DNA of 64,000 nt from the human T2T-CHM13v2.0 reference genome, Homo sapiens. Shown one piece after another: positions 1 through 13,210 of this stretch; the first letter of the stretch is position 1, and every line of letters starts with the position of its first letter. The stretch is taken from assembly GCF_009914755.1 (NCBI RefSeq), contig NC_060942.1. The stretch is one strand, 5' to 3'. The position numbers were made by a program, and so were the translations under genes. A model generated the notes under the pieces. The model was not told where the DNA came from. It did no database searches and was given only the letters and a program-made list of their open reading frames with translations.

Positions 1-2231
1 TGAAGTTTCTACCTATCAATCCCTCCCCACTCAAGGTAAATGGTTCTTAGACCAAGGAAAATATCTCCTTCCAGCCTCACAGGCCCATTCTATTCTGTCG
101 TCACTTCATAACCTCTTCCATGTATGTTATAAGCTGCTAACCCGCCTCTTAGAACCTCTCATTTCCTTTCCATCGTGGAAATCTATTCTCAAGGAAATCG
201 CTTCTCTGTGTTCTATCTGCTATTCTACTCCTCAGGGATTGTTGAGGCCCCCTCCCTTCCCTACACATCAAGCTCGGAGATTTGCCCCTGCCCAGGACTG
301 GCAAATTGACTTTACTCGTATGCCCCGAGTCAGGAAACTAACATACCTCTTGGTCTGGGAAGACACTTTCACCAGATAGGTAGAGGCCTTTCCCACAGGG
401 TCTGAGAAGGCCACCGTGGTCATTTCTTCCCTTCTGTCAGACATAATTCCTTGGTTTGGACTTCCCACTTCTGTGCAGTCCAATAGCGGACGGGCCTTTA
501 TTAGTCAAATCACCCAAGCAGTTTCTCAGGCTCTTGGTATTCAGTGGAAACTTCATACCCCTTATCGTCCTCAATCTTCAGGAAAGGTAGAACGGACTAA
601 TGGTCTTTTAAAGACACACCTCACTAAGCTCAGCCTCCAATTTAAAAAGGACCGGATAGTACTTTTACCACTTTCCCTTCTCAGAATTAGAGCCTGTCCT
701 CGAGATGCTACAGAGTACAGCCCATTTGAACTTTTATATGGATGCCCTTTCTTGCTCGGCCCCAACCTCGTCCCAGACACCAGCCCTCTAGGTGACTATC
801 TTCCAGTCCTCCAGCAGGCTAGACAGGAAATTTGCCAGGCTGCTAATCTTCTCTTGCCTATTCCAGATTCCCAGCCTTATGAAGACACCCTATCTGGACG
901 ATCAGTTCTTGTTAAGAATCTGACCCCTCAAACTCTACAACCTCGACGGACCGGACCCTACTTAGTCATCTATAATACCCTAACTGCCGTCCTCCTGCAG
1001 GACCCTCCCCATTGGGTTCACCGTTCCAGAATAAAGCCGTGTCCATTGGACAGCCAGCCTGATCTCTCCTCTTCCTTCTGGAAGTCGCGAGTACTCACCC
1101 CTACTTCCCTTAAACTCACCCACATTTCTGAAGAACAGTAGTAACCCTTATGAGCCTAATACATCCCTTCATTTTGTTAGGTCTATCCTTCCTTACCAGA
1201 GTCTTTGCAACAGGGCCTTATGCAGTCACCCCCACTACTTAGACTGCATCCCAAAAACTTTTCATCCCTGCTCTCTTCTGTCTAGTCATACTCCTATTCT
1301 TCGTTTTCACCTCTCCATACATGCCCTGCCCTTGTCTACACTGCCAGCTTATACTTTTCCTCCAAACCATCATAGCTGGTCCTGGTCTTATCCCCTAACT
1401 GCCACTCTTAACTCCCTCTTGGAATGGATAAATGGCCTTTGCTGGAAAAGCACACTCCACTTCTTTCACCCATTTTACATTTCCAGTTTCGCCTTACGCA
1501 AGGTCTCTTCTTCCTCTGTGGCTCCTCCACCTGCATGTGTCCACCTGTTAATGAGACAGGAACATGTACACTAGTTTTCCTTACCCCAAAAATCAATTTG
1601 CAAATAAGACCGAGCAGCTTCCTGTTCCCCTCATGACACCAACACTTCACTATTATTTTATTTTTTCTTATTATTAATATAAGAAGACAGGAATAGGCCT
1701 TGACTTACTCACTGCTGAAAAAGGAAGACTCTGTATATTTTTAAATGAAGACTGTTGTTTTTACCTAAATCAGTCTGGCCTGGTATATGACAACATAAAA
1801 AAATTCAAGGATAGAGGCCAAAAACTCACCAGCCAAGCAAATAATCATGCTGAACCCCCTTAGGCACTCTCTAATTTGAAGTCCTGGGTCCTCCCAATTC
1901 TTAGTCCTTTAATACTTGTTTTTCTCCTTTTCTTATTCGGACCTTATGTCTTCTGTTTAGTTTCTCAGTTCATACAAAACCATATCCAGGCCATCACCAA
2001 TCATCCTATATGACAAATGCTCCTTCTAACAACCCCAGAATATCACCCCTTACCACAAAATCTTCCTTCCTCTTAATCTCTCCCACTCTAGGTTCCCATG
2101 CCACCCCTAATCCTGCTCGAAGCAGCCCTGAGAAACATCACCCATTATCTCTCCATACCACCCCCCAAAATTTTCCCCACCCCAACACTTCACCACTGTT
2201 TGTTTTTCTTATTAATATAAGAAGACAAGAA
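1..2231 (+). mobile_element. HERV-H internal region, 3' part (integrase end of pol, deleted env, 3' UTR, PPT); provirus continues off the left edge
   Basis: Integrase-like translation (WQIDFT; LHTPYRPQSSGKVERTNG; GPY motif). Env TM remnant GLDLLTAEKGRLCIFLNEDCCFYLNQSGLV from 1696. C-rich HERV-H composition. PPT-like AAGAAGACAAGAA abuts the LTR. Confidence 0.93.
416..1141 (+). pseudogene. HERV-H pol integrase core/C-terminal fragment, defective
   Basis: 241-codon open stretch. The QSDNG catalytic motif reads QSNSG, and the frame is broken upstream near 360-380. Confidence 0.85.
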
Positions 2232-2586
2232 TGTCAGGACTCTGAGCCCAAGCCTGCACATATACATCCAGATGGCACGAAGCTACTGAAGAATCACAAA
2301 AGAAGTGAAAATGGTCGGTTCCTGCCTTAACTGATGACATTACCTTGTGAAATTCCTTCTGGCTCAGAAGCTCCCCCACTGAGCACCTTGTGACCCCCGC
2401 CCCTGCCCTCAAGAGAACAACCCCCTTTGACTGTAATTTTCCACTACCTACCCAAATCCTATAAAACTGCCCCAGCCCTAACTTCCTTTGCTGACTCTCT
2501 TTTTGGACTTAGCCCACCTGCAATTAAAAAGCTTTATTGCTCACACAAAGCCTGTTGGTGGTCCCTTCACACGGACACACGTGACA
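2232..2586 (+). mobile_element. HERV-H 3' LTR (LTR7 family)
   Basis: Starts TGTCAGG(A)CTCTGAGCCCAAGC and ends ...CA. TATAAAA at 2460-2466; ATTAAA at 2523-2528 followed by GCTTTATTGCTCACACAAAGCCTG. Confidence 0.92.
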
Positions 2587-2811
2587 ATGCACACACACAT
2601 TTTTTAAGCATTCCAAAATGATCACATTTTTTTCATATCAAGCAGACATTTCCAAGTGTAACATTTTGTTATTCAGAGATATTTCTAAGTACTAAGTAGT
2701 GTTAAGAGGGTAAATTATTTGTACTATTATATACTAATCAGTCATGGTTCATATATAATATAGAAATATTTTATTTCACATTAACCAACAAAAATATGTT
2801 GAAACGATTTC

Positions 2812-2970
2812 AAATCTTTAATTGTGAAATAATTGTAGGTTCACAAGAAGTTGCAAATATAGTAGAGGTGCTGTGTACCCTTCATCCAGTTTCCCCCAAT
2901 GGTTACATCTTTTTATAACTATAGTACAATATCAAAACAAGGAAATTGGCATTGTATAATGTATGTGCCC
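2812..2970 (-). mobile_element. Old L1 (L1MC-like) 3' end, continued at ~7950
   Basis: GGTTCACAAGAAGTTGCAAA...GTACCCTTCATCCAGTTTCCCCCAATGGTTACATCT resembles the L1MC 3'UTR in antisense. Confidence 0.65.
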
Positions 2971-2971
2971 A

Positions 2972-5900
2972 CAGTAGGCCCCCCTTATCCTCAGGGAATA
3001 GTTCTAAGACTCCAGTAGATGTCTGAACCCACCAATAGTACCAAACCTGATTGCCACTGTGAAAGTTGATCATATAAATTGAGTCATTCTTATCATGCCC
3101 AATTAAAACAAAGTTGAGAGGCCAGGGGAGAAAAGCACTCAGGAAACATCATATATTACCCTAAGAATGTAATTGTCTGAAACCCCACCCACAGAAACTG
3201 GTTATTGTTAACTTAAAACCAGTTTTATCTAATAGCTATTGAAACAACCCGCTTCTACTATAAGACTTTTTACCCACCACCAACACTCACCAATCAGAAC
3301 TTGCCAGGTCCCCAAAACTTTACAAGTGCTAATGAACTTTCAGAACAATACATGTGACTCCTTTTTATAAAACCTCAAACTTTCCCTTTGTTCGTTGGAC
3401 ATACCAAAGACCACTCGTGTATGCTTGGACTTGCAGTTCTTGCTTCCCAAATAAAACGTTTTAGATTCACCTCTGTATTGTATTTGACTTGGACATACTT
3501 GGTATCTGAAGTGGGATTCCAAAGCTGACTCATCTTGGCTTTGAGGTTTGGATGAGGGAATTTTCCTCTTCATTTGGAGAAGACTGTCATCTTTCTTGGT
3601 AAATATGTACTTTATTTTCTATCAGTTCTTGCATTTACTTGGCCTTTGTTTATTAGCACTTGCATCTAATTGGCAAGTGCTTAATCACCTAGATAAATTT
3701 AGTTACAAATGGGCTCTCAAAGTTCAGAGGCATGGCAAAATTTTTTTTTAACTCCACCTGGTAACATGTTTAAACATTACAGAGATCATTCAAACAGACT
3801 ATTGTTCTTAAAACTAAACTAAAAAACCACAGCTATAAAATCATACACTGCAAATAAGAATTAGATTTCAATTGATACTTTGAGGCAAAAAAAAAAAATC
3901 AGCACTCAAAGACTGTCTAACTACAAAATACTGTCTCAAAGGTAGCTGGGAGGCTTTCCTCTCTGGATCTTCCCCTCCCCTTCTTACAATTCCTCCTCTT
4001 CACCCTTTTGTAACCTAAACTTTCTTTTTCTAAAACAGCTAAGCTATTCTGTTGAATAGCTAAACACTTGAAACCAGCAGATATAAAATAAAATTGTTTT
4101 GACCTTCGTGCTGTTTCTTAAAAGCTAAAGATTAAATTCTCATGTAAAACACTATACTATAAGGAATGGCAGCATTTTTATCTTCAAGGACAAATAATTG
4201 AGAACAAGAAAACACTGTACAGACCTTGTTAGAGTAACTCTTACCTTCTACCCCTCCTCACGTAATTCAGACACATTTCCACAGTTACTCTTTGTCCAAT
4301 CCACTATGTTGGTAACTGCCTCAAACTGCTTTGCTCAAAATTTGTTTCACAGCCATATCAGGACTACAAACAACAAGTTAAAAGCTTAGCCTTCTCCCAG
4401 TTTGTGAGGAAATAATTTCAATTCAACTGCTTTTTAGGAAACCAGTATGTATGTTTTAATATCTCATGACTAAAATTCTAAAATAAAATCTGTAAGATCT
4501 TTATTTATATGTATGTGTATGTGTTTAGATGTATTTATGCATATATACATGTATTGTGTGATGTGTTGCATCTACATGATAAAACCTGGTGTAGTCCGCC
4601 AGAAATCCCTTAAGGAATTCTATTTAGATAAAATATGTACTCATATAAAATATGTAACAACCCCAAATATTTTTGCTTTGCCTTACTTAAACAAATCCTT
4701 GATAAATTAATTGGTTTTTAAATTGTTGATAAAATAAAATTAGAAAAGTCTTCAAAATTGTCAACATTTTTGGCTGGGTTTATTGTTCAGTTTTATATTT
4801 GCCTCTGCTAGAGTTCTTAAGGTTATAAAGCTATAAACCCAGCCTAAAACAAAATAATGTTTGTGTATGCAATTCTTTGATTGATAAGGTTTAATATTGT
4901 TGATTTAATAAAAACAGCTGTATTTTCTGGGTTAAGAACAGGATACCCATGTATTAAACTTTAAGGTTTCACCTTAGGTAAACACTGGATATTAACAGGC
5001 TATGAAATTGGTTAATAAAAAATAAAATAGTGACTTGCTCTAATATTTTAATTTTCGTAAGTAATCTAGGTGTAATTACTAAAAAATAAATTAGGTAATC
5101 GGAAATGAAATTAACATTTATAAATGAAACTTCTATGCAATTTAAAATTTTAAAGTTGTATTAAGTAATAATACTCATTAAATGACCAAGTTATATCCAA
5201 AATTGAGCCAAATTGGTAAATACATCAAAGTTCTTTCTTGGCTTCTTAAATTTTATAAAAATACTAAATATGTTTAGGTCTATTAATCAAAATATGAATT
5301 TAGGGAAAAATAACTTTGTATGAGAAAAAAATCTTAAGTGGTACATTTTTGTCCTGAGATTAAATAATTAGTTATTCCAAAATTTACAAAAAAGAAAAAC
5401 TATAGGACTAAGAATGGGGGCTTGGGAAAATAATGAAAGTTCTAAACAAGTTGAAGAGGATTTATAGAAGATGGGCTTTATGAAGGAAGTTTTATTTGTG
5501 ATCAGATTGGCTGGGATTAGAAAGAAATTGTTTATGTGTTTTTCTAAAACTTAAACACTGGTGTCAGGAGTTGCTGATACCGGACCAGAGTATAATCCTC
5601 TATATTTAAAATAACAAATATTTCCTGAAGTACTGATCTGTCCTTAATAAAACTGCAAGAAGTTTTGATTTTTAATTCTAAAATCTGTTTAACAGCCATG
5701 CTCTGAACTGCACAATTTTTGTTTCTGCCATTTTTTCCTGAGATCTATTTAATTTCTCTAGTTTCAGGTTTAAAATGCTGCCCTTTTCATTGAAAATGGT
5801 AATTTCATTTCCTGAGGTAAAGTTTTCCTTTTGAAATTTCTCAGATTCACATCTCAGAGATTCAACTTTTGCTATATCTCGCTACACGTGACTTGTAGAT

Positions 5901-7947
5901 CCGACATCCCTGCTTTCACCTTTTTCCTCCCCTTGTGAAGGCCTGGGGTAACAGTGCTCTTCTCCAACTTTGCTATCAGCTCCTAAAACATTTTTTTTTT
6001 CCAGTTCTAACTCTGCTTTTTTGGCGTGACACTGAAATATTTATCTTAAAGGCCTAGAAAAGCAATATTTTCCTTCAGTATAACTTGATTCTGTACTCTT
6101 AGCTTTTCTTGATGTATATGAATTGTTACACTCATAACTTTGGACATAGTCTTCGTATGTCTGCATCAGGCTTGACTTCCAGGTTATCTAAATGAGGTTC
6201 CATAAGGAGAAACACTCACCCTGCAGAAAGTTTTTCTCTACCTTTTTGGTAGCGGGTCCAAGAAACAAAGATTTTACATTTTGTCAAGATAACTTTCTAT
6301 GTTGCTTTTATTAGATTTTTTATTACTTAGGAAAACTAAGCTTTGAAAGGGTTAAGCTTTTTATATCTGTGTAACTTTCTGGATTGCTTTTAGAGTCTTT
6401 TGACTATCATTCTTTTTAAATGAATGACTATTATTTTACAGTGACCTGTTATTCTGTTTTGATCAAGTGTTTCGAGCTTTTTAACGTCTTTGAAAAACTT
6501 CCCTAAAATCAAATCCTAAATTAAGTCTTTCTGACCTAGAATTAACTTTAGGATTTTTCAGTTGAGCCCATGGAAAGCCTCAAAAGATATATGTCATCTT
6601 GTAGAGATATTAGTTAGGCTTATTTGGTAAACTGTGTAGGAAACATTGTCAAATAAGTGATACTAGATCTTTTAGTTACATTTATGGGTATGTTGTTGAT
6701 AATCACGTTTCAAAAATTACATAAATTCACAGAAATCTAATAAGTTAGACATATTAGATAGGTTCATCCTGTCACTGAGGAACAATTAAGCCTTACTACA
6801 TAATGGTTGGTCCCTGATGTTTTCAGAGAAAAATCCTGATCAGAAAAGGGAAATGTGAAAGGTGATCATACAAATTGGGTCATTTTTTATATTCAACGAG
6901 AACAAAGTTGAGAGTCCAGGGGGAAAAAGCACTCGGAGCACATAATATAATAACATTGCACTAAGAATGTAATTGTCTGCAAGGCTGGCTTCAGAAACTG
7001 CCTGTTGTAATCTGAAATCAGTTTTAGCTACTCACTACTGAAACAACCTGCTGCTACTCTAAGACCGGTTTTACCCACTACTGTCACTCACCAAACTTTC
7101 TAGTGCCAATGAACTTTCAGAATAACACGTAACATTTCTCCTTTTTATAAAACCTCCAACCTTCTTTGTTCTTCAGACGTACTAAAGACTGAAGACTAAA
7201 ATAAAATGTTCTGTGTGGGGCCAGAATTGCAATTCTTGCTTCCCAAATAAAGTGTTTTAAATTTAGAGATTCATCTCTATATTTTGACTTCAACATTATC
7301 AATAAAAACATGTTTCTGTTCATGTCTTCCACTGAGAAATGTAATGCCTTTTGCATCTTAACTAAGCAGTTATCACACACTGTGGTCATAACTTCTGCAG
7401 TTTCAGGTGCAACGGCAAAACTAACCTGAATTTTTCTTTCTTCACAATTGCACAGGTCGAAGATCATTCTTACCTTAGATCTTAGCAGTCTCAGCCTATT
7501 TTTTTTCTTTCCTTATTAAATTGAGAACTTTCTTTTTTTTTTTTCACTTAAAGGAAGCACTTCACAGCTTCTCATTGGCATATCTGAATTGCCAGCATCA
7601 CTACTCTTGCACTTTGGGGCCATGTATTAAGTGAAACAAAGTTCACTGGAACACACAGTGTAATACCACAACAGTCAATCTGATAGCCAAGAAGGCCACT
7701 AACTGGCTAACTAATGAGCGTGGAATGCCTACAGTGTGGGTATTCTGGATAAAGGGATGATTCACATGCTGGGATGTGAGGGCAAAGCAGGAAGGTGCCA
7801 GATTTAATCCTGCTACTCAGAATGCTGCACAATTTAAAACTTATGAATTATTTATTTCTAGGATTTTTTACCTAATAATTTTGGACCGTGGTTGACAGTT
7901 GGTAAATGAAATCATGGAAAATGAAACTGTGGATAAGGAGGCCTATG
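2972..7947 (-). mobile_element. MER44/Tigger7-family DNA transposon split by an ERV (pieces ~2972-3057 and ~7296-7947)
   Basis: TIR-like CAGTAGGCCCCCCTTATCC at the left end and degenerate GGATAAGGAGGCCTATG at the right end. MER44-type sequence lies on both sides of the ERV. Confidence 0.75.
3058..7295 (+). mobile_element. Two-LTR non-coding ERV (LTR47/MER72-like LTRs at 3058-3495 and 6854-7295; AT-rich MER4-group-like internal region)
   Basis: Two homologous ~440-bp TG...CA repeats (TGTGAAAG.TGATCATA.AAATTG.GTCATT ... TTTGACTT..ACA). PBS TGGTATCTGAAGTGGGAT at 3500-3517 matches the tRNA-Leu(CAA) 3' complement 16/18. PPT AGAAAAGGGAAA at 6842-6853. Confidence 0.88.
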
Positions 7948-7949
7948 TT

Positions 7950-10888
7950 AGTTCCATCCTGTCTTAGATTTCTGTAGATGTGTGACAACCACCACAAACA
8001 AGATACAGACTGTTCTATCACCACAAACGTCTCCCTGTTGCTACCTCCTTATAGTTGTACCCACTGCCTTTCCCATACCACCCCTAACCCCTCATAACCA
8101 GCAACGTTTCCCATCCATATAATTTTGTCATTTAAAAAATGTTATATGAATGGGACCATACAAAATGACCTTTTAGATTGGCTTTTTTCGCTTAACATAA
8201 TGCCTCTGACATCCATCCCAGTTTTTAAATGTATCGATAGTCAGTGCCTTTTCATTACCAAGTATTATTGCATGGTATGGATGTACAAGAGTATCACAGT
8301 TTATTTAGCTATTCCCCTATTGAGGGACATTTTGGTTGTTTCCAGTGTTTGGCTATTACAGCAAAACTGCTATGAACAATTAGTGTATAGGTTTTTATGT
8401 GAACATAAGTTTTTATTTTCTTTAGGATAAATGCCCAGAAGTGTGACTGTTGGGACATATGGTTTAGTGTATGTTTAGTTTTTTTGGAAACTGCTAAACA
8501 GTCTTCCAGAGTAGTTGTACCATCTTATATTCCTACCAGCAGTGTATGAGAGATCCAATTTTTCCATATCCTCACCAGCATCGGTATTGTCACTATTTTT
8601 TATTTTCAATTTTCTAATAGGTATGCAGTGATATCTTATTGTAGTCTTAATTTGGGACATCTTTTCATATACCTGTACTTATTTGTCACCTGGATATCCT
8701 CTTCAGTAAAAGGTCTTTTCATGTCTTTTGCCCATTTTAAAATTTGCCCATTTAAAATTTTTTTATGTTGAGTTTTGAGAGTTCTTTTTATACATTAGAT
8801 ATGGATCTATATATTGTTAGATACGTGGTTTGGGAACATTTTATCCCCATTTGTAGCTTGTATTTTCATCCTCTTACTCTTCCTCAAAGCAAAAGTTTTT
8901 CATTTTAAAGAGGTCCAATTTATCACTTTTTTTCTCGTATGCATCGTGTTTTTGGTGTCATGTCTAAGAACTTTACCAAGCCCTATATTTTCTCATATGC
9001 TATCTTCTAAATATTTTATAGTATTACATTAATTGTATAATTTATTTTGAGTCACTTACACTGGGGTTCATTTTTCTTGTATCTAGTTGCTCAAGCACCA
9101 TTTGTTTAAAAAGACTATCTTTCCTTCATTGAATTGCTTTTGCACCTTTGTCAAAAATTAGTTCATTGTACTAGTATGAAGCTATTTCTGAGTTCTCTGT
9201 TCTGTTCCATTGATCTATATATCTATCCTTCCCCAATATCATCTAGTCTTGATTAGTGTAACTAGGCAATAAGTCCTGAAATCAGGTAGAATGATTCTTT
9301 CCACTTTTTTTTCCAGAATTGTTTTAGCTATTCGAGTTTGTTTGTCTTTCCATACACATTTTAGAATAATCTTGTCTGTATCTATTGATGCATTGGAGAT
9401 TTTGATAGGAACTGCTTTAAACTTGTATGCCAGTTTGGGAGAACTGCTGTTGACTTTTCCAATCCATGTGCACAGAATATCTCTCTACTTATTTAGAAAT
9501 CTCTCTTAATATTTTTATCAGCATTCTTTAATTTCAGCATATAAGTCCTGTACATGTTGTGTTAGATTTACAGCTAAACATTCCTCTTTTTTTTGAGTAA
9601 CTGTAAATGGTATTGTAGTTTTTATTTGTTTCTATGGGTTCACTGATAATATATAAAAATACAATTGATTTTTATGTTTGTCTTATACCCTGCAACCTTG
9701 CTGAACTCAGTTTTTTTGTAAATTTCTTGGCATTTTCTACATAGATCATTATGTCACCTATAAATGATGTGTGTCTTTTGTTTCCTTTTCTTGTCTTTTC
9801 ACACAGGGTAGACCATCCAGTACTATGTTAAATAGCAGTGGTGACTGTACACCCTTGTCTTATTCTTGTTCTTAAACAGAAAGCATTCAGTCTATCACCA
9901 GTAAGTATAATGTTGTATATCTTTCTAGATGCTCTTTATGAAACTGAGGAAGCTCTCCACTATACTCAGTTTTCTAAGAGTTTTTATCATAAATGGGTGT
10001 GAATTTTATCTAATTATTTTTCTGTATCAGTTAATGTGATAATGTAATTTTTCTTCCAGACTTTCATATGATGGAATACATTTATTGATTTTCAAATATT
10101 CAAATAGCCTTGCATCTCTGGAATTAAGCCCACTTGTTTATGGAATATAATTCTTTTTATATATTGCTGAATTATATTTTTAATGTTTTGTTAATAATTT
10201 GTGTATCTGTACTTATGAGAGATATTGGTGTATGGTTTTCTTTTTATGTACTGTAATAGTCTGGTTTTGATGTTAGGTTAATAGTGACTTCATAGAATAA
10301 ATTGGGACCTTCTTTTCTATTTTTTTCTATTTTTCTGAAAAAGATTTTGTGAAATTAATGTTAGACTTCTTTAAAGGTTTGGTAGAATTCTCCAGTGAGA
10401 CCATATGGGTCTAGAGATTTCTTTTTGAGATTTTAAGCTATCAATTAAGTTTCTTTAATAGTTATAGGACTATTCAAATTACCCATTTCATATGGGGTGT
10501 GTTGTCACAGTTTATACTCTTCCAGAGAATTGGTCTGCTTCATTGAAGTTGTCAAGTCTATGTGTGTAGAGTTGTTTGTAGTAGTCCTTTATTATCCTTT
10601 TCATGTCTGCAGGGTCTGTAATGGTATCTTCAGTTTAATTCCTGATATTTGTAATTTGTGACTTTTGTCTTTTTATTTATTTGTCAACATTTCCAGAGAT
10701 TTACTGATCTTTTAAAAGGGAAAGCTTTTTGTTTCACCGATTTTTTCTATTGTTTTTCTTTCTTCAATTTCATTAACTTTCTCCTTCTATCTTTATTACT
10801 TCCTCCCTTCTGCTTGCTTTGGGTAAACTTTTCTCTATTTTTCTAGTTTCTTGAAGTAGGAGTTTAGATTATTGATCTGAGATTCTTC
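7950..10888 (-). mobile_element. Old L1 (L1M) 3'UTR and ORF2 remnant
   Basis: T-rich antisense L1 sequence. Minus-strand ORF 8475..8660 resembles the ORF2 C-terminus (QIKTTIRYH..PIR..KIK). Confidence 0.85.
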
Positions 10889-11505
10889 AACATGATCCCA
10901 AAGTTCCACATCTAACGTTCCCTTTTCAGGAAACCAAGGACAGTGTTCTTCCACTGCCCTGAATAGGGTGACCGTATTTTCCATGGGCACCCGAACTCCT
11001 CCCTGTTTTAACAGGAGTTTAATATAGCAGAGATGGCATAATGTTTAGACTCCGTGTGCCCCATAGTTACTCTGGACAATACACAGACAACTCACCAATC
11101 GTCAGGGAGCCGAACAAGCGTTTCTGTGGACCGAATGGATGAACGTTTCTACGCACCTACCAAAGGGAATCGGGTTTCCACATGCCCTTAGGAAAAAGAA
11201 AACCATGTTGGCGCACCAGATATTGGGGGAACCCGCCCCCAATATTTCAACATACATTCTTTCTATTTTCCGTGAGTGTCAGCTGGCTGAGAAATAAAGA
11301 GAGACAGTACAAAGAGGAATTTTACAGCTGGGCCGCCAGGGGTGACATCACATATCGGTAGGACCGTGCTGCCGGCCTGAGTCACAGATCAGCAAGTTTT
11401 TATTAAGGGTTTCAAAAGGGGAGGGGGTGTAAGAACAGGGAGTAGGTACAAAGATCACATGCTGCAAAGGGCAAAAAGCAGAACCACTAATAAGGGTCTA
11501 ACAAA
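10889..11505 (-). mobile_element. HERV-K(HML-8)/HERVK11 fragment: 3' part of a MER11 5' LTR (11221-11505), PBS, leader and start of gag matrix
   Basis: MER11-type U5 end ...GGGGGCGGGTTCCCCCAATA on the minus strand, followed by a degenerate tRNA-Lys PBS (11201-11218). Gag ATG at 11064 gives MGHTESKHYA, then a frameshift into IKLLLKQGGVRVPMENTVTLFRAVEEHCPWFPEKGTLDVELWDHV. Confidence 0.85.
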
Positions 11506-12072
11506 ACCTAAGTGTCCATCAACAGATGAATAAAGAAAATGTGGTGCATATACACAATGGAGTACTATTCAGCCACAAAAAGAATGAGATCCTGTCATTT
11601 GCAACAACATGGATGAAAATGGGGGTCATTAAGTGAAATAAGCCAGGCACAGAAAGACAAACTTCACATGTTCTTAACTTACTTGTGGGAGCTAAAAATT
11701 TAGAACAACTGAATTCATGGAGACAGATAGTGTAATGATGGTTACCAGAGGCTGGAAAGGGTAATAACAGGGAGTAGGGGAAAAGTGGGGATAGTTAATG
11801 GGTACAAAAACAATAGAAAGAATGAATAAGACCTAGTATGTATTAGCACAACAGAGTGACTATAGTAAAAAATAATTTAATTGTACATTTTAAAATAACT
11901 AAAAGAGTGTAATTATTTGTAACACAAAAGGTAAATACTTGAGGGGACAGATACCCATTCACCCTGATGTGATTATTATGCATTGTAAGCCTGTATCAAA
12001 ATATCTCATGGAACCTATAACTATATACATCTACTATGTACCCCATTAAAAATAAAACATTAAAAAAATAAA
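11506..12072 (+). mobile_element. L1MA-type 3' end
   Basis: ACCTAAGTGTCCATCAACAGATGAAT...GAAATAAGCCAGGCACAGAAAGACAAA...TACTATGTACCC plus an A-rich tail. Confidence 0.88.
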
Positions 12073-13210
12073 TTTTATCTTGTGCTATTATTATTATTAC
12101 TCAAAAGATTTCCTTATTCTAAAACAAAGATGAAGAAGCATCCTATCTGGCAGTTACTCCGATGTGAAGTTAATCTAGGCAAATTTAGAGACAAACAACA
12201 GAGAAAGCAACACAAATATTTACAAACTCCTCCTGACTTTCCCTACAGTAAAGACAGTTTTATACATATTTAGAAAACCACTCCTACTCCTAAAGTTCCT
12301 CAGGTAAAAATATAAAGTAAAAAGCACTCATTCTTCTCTTCTACTATAATACCAAAAAGTAGTAATGTTACTTTTTAAATTATTTTTTCTAATTCCTTCT
12401 GTCACTCAATCCACAAGACCTACTTGGGCAGATCTTTCCTGCCCATAGGCAAATAGTTATATCAACAATAGAGAGCTGGTTCCCTCAGCAAATGAGCACT
12501 TCCATGCAAATGAAATCTTCAAATATCTACACAAATTATCTGTAATATATCCATGTCTTTTAAATATCATGTTAGCACAGGTTACTTTTTTCCTTCCAAA
12601 AATATTTCTATTTCTAGTAGATAACACCACATTTAGTTGATTTCTAAACAATTCCCCATCTATTAGCAGTAATTCCCAAACTCTGCTAAATTTTTAAAGT
12701 TTTTATTCATTTTAAAATAAAGCATTTATGACTTGAAGTTGTTTTTCCCTCTTGTACCTTTATAACCCACCAGCATGTCTGCTGGGAGCCTCTGATCATT
12801 TGGATTGCCGAGGCAGAACAAGGAGCAGAGCGCAACGGATAATATCTCACCATAAACCCAAAACAAATGTCTGAAGTTCATTGCTGACATAGTGGAATTT
12901 TCCTCAGTAACTTCAATGACAAGTTAATTATGTAGGGCATCTTACTTACTGTAAATATGTCCTTAGGCACATTTTTCTTGTAGGTCCATCTTTAAGTAGG
13001 AGAAGGCCAATAAGGACAGTAAATGTTTAATTGTAGGACATGGTTGAAATATAAAATTTATTTTTTAAATCTCTTTTTGTCTCCAGCATAAATTGAACAA
13101 GGGTAAAATGGTAAAAAGGAAATTCCAGATATCATATTTAACTTTGTAAAGTGTCCAGGGTTCTAGACAGTTCCATGAAATAGTTGATGCTGCCGCTGTC
13201 ATAAGGTCAC

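Noticed and set aside
416-1141. Potentially functional retroviral integrase
   Set aside because: The catalytic Asp is replaced (QSNSG) and the N-terminal part is out of frame.
12760-12960. Non-repeat island checked for an ncRNA or exon
   Set aside because: No recognisable RNA family motifs, ORF or paired splice sites.
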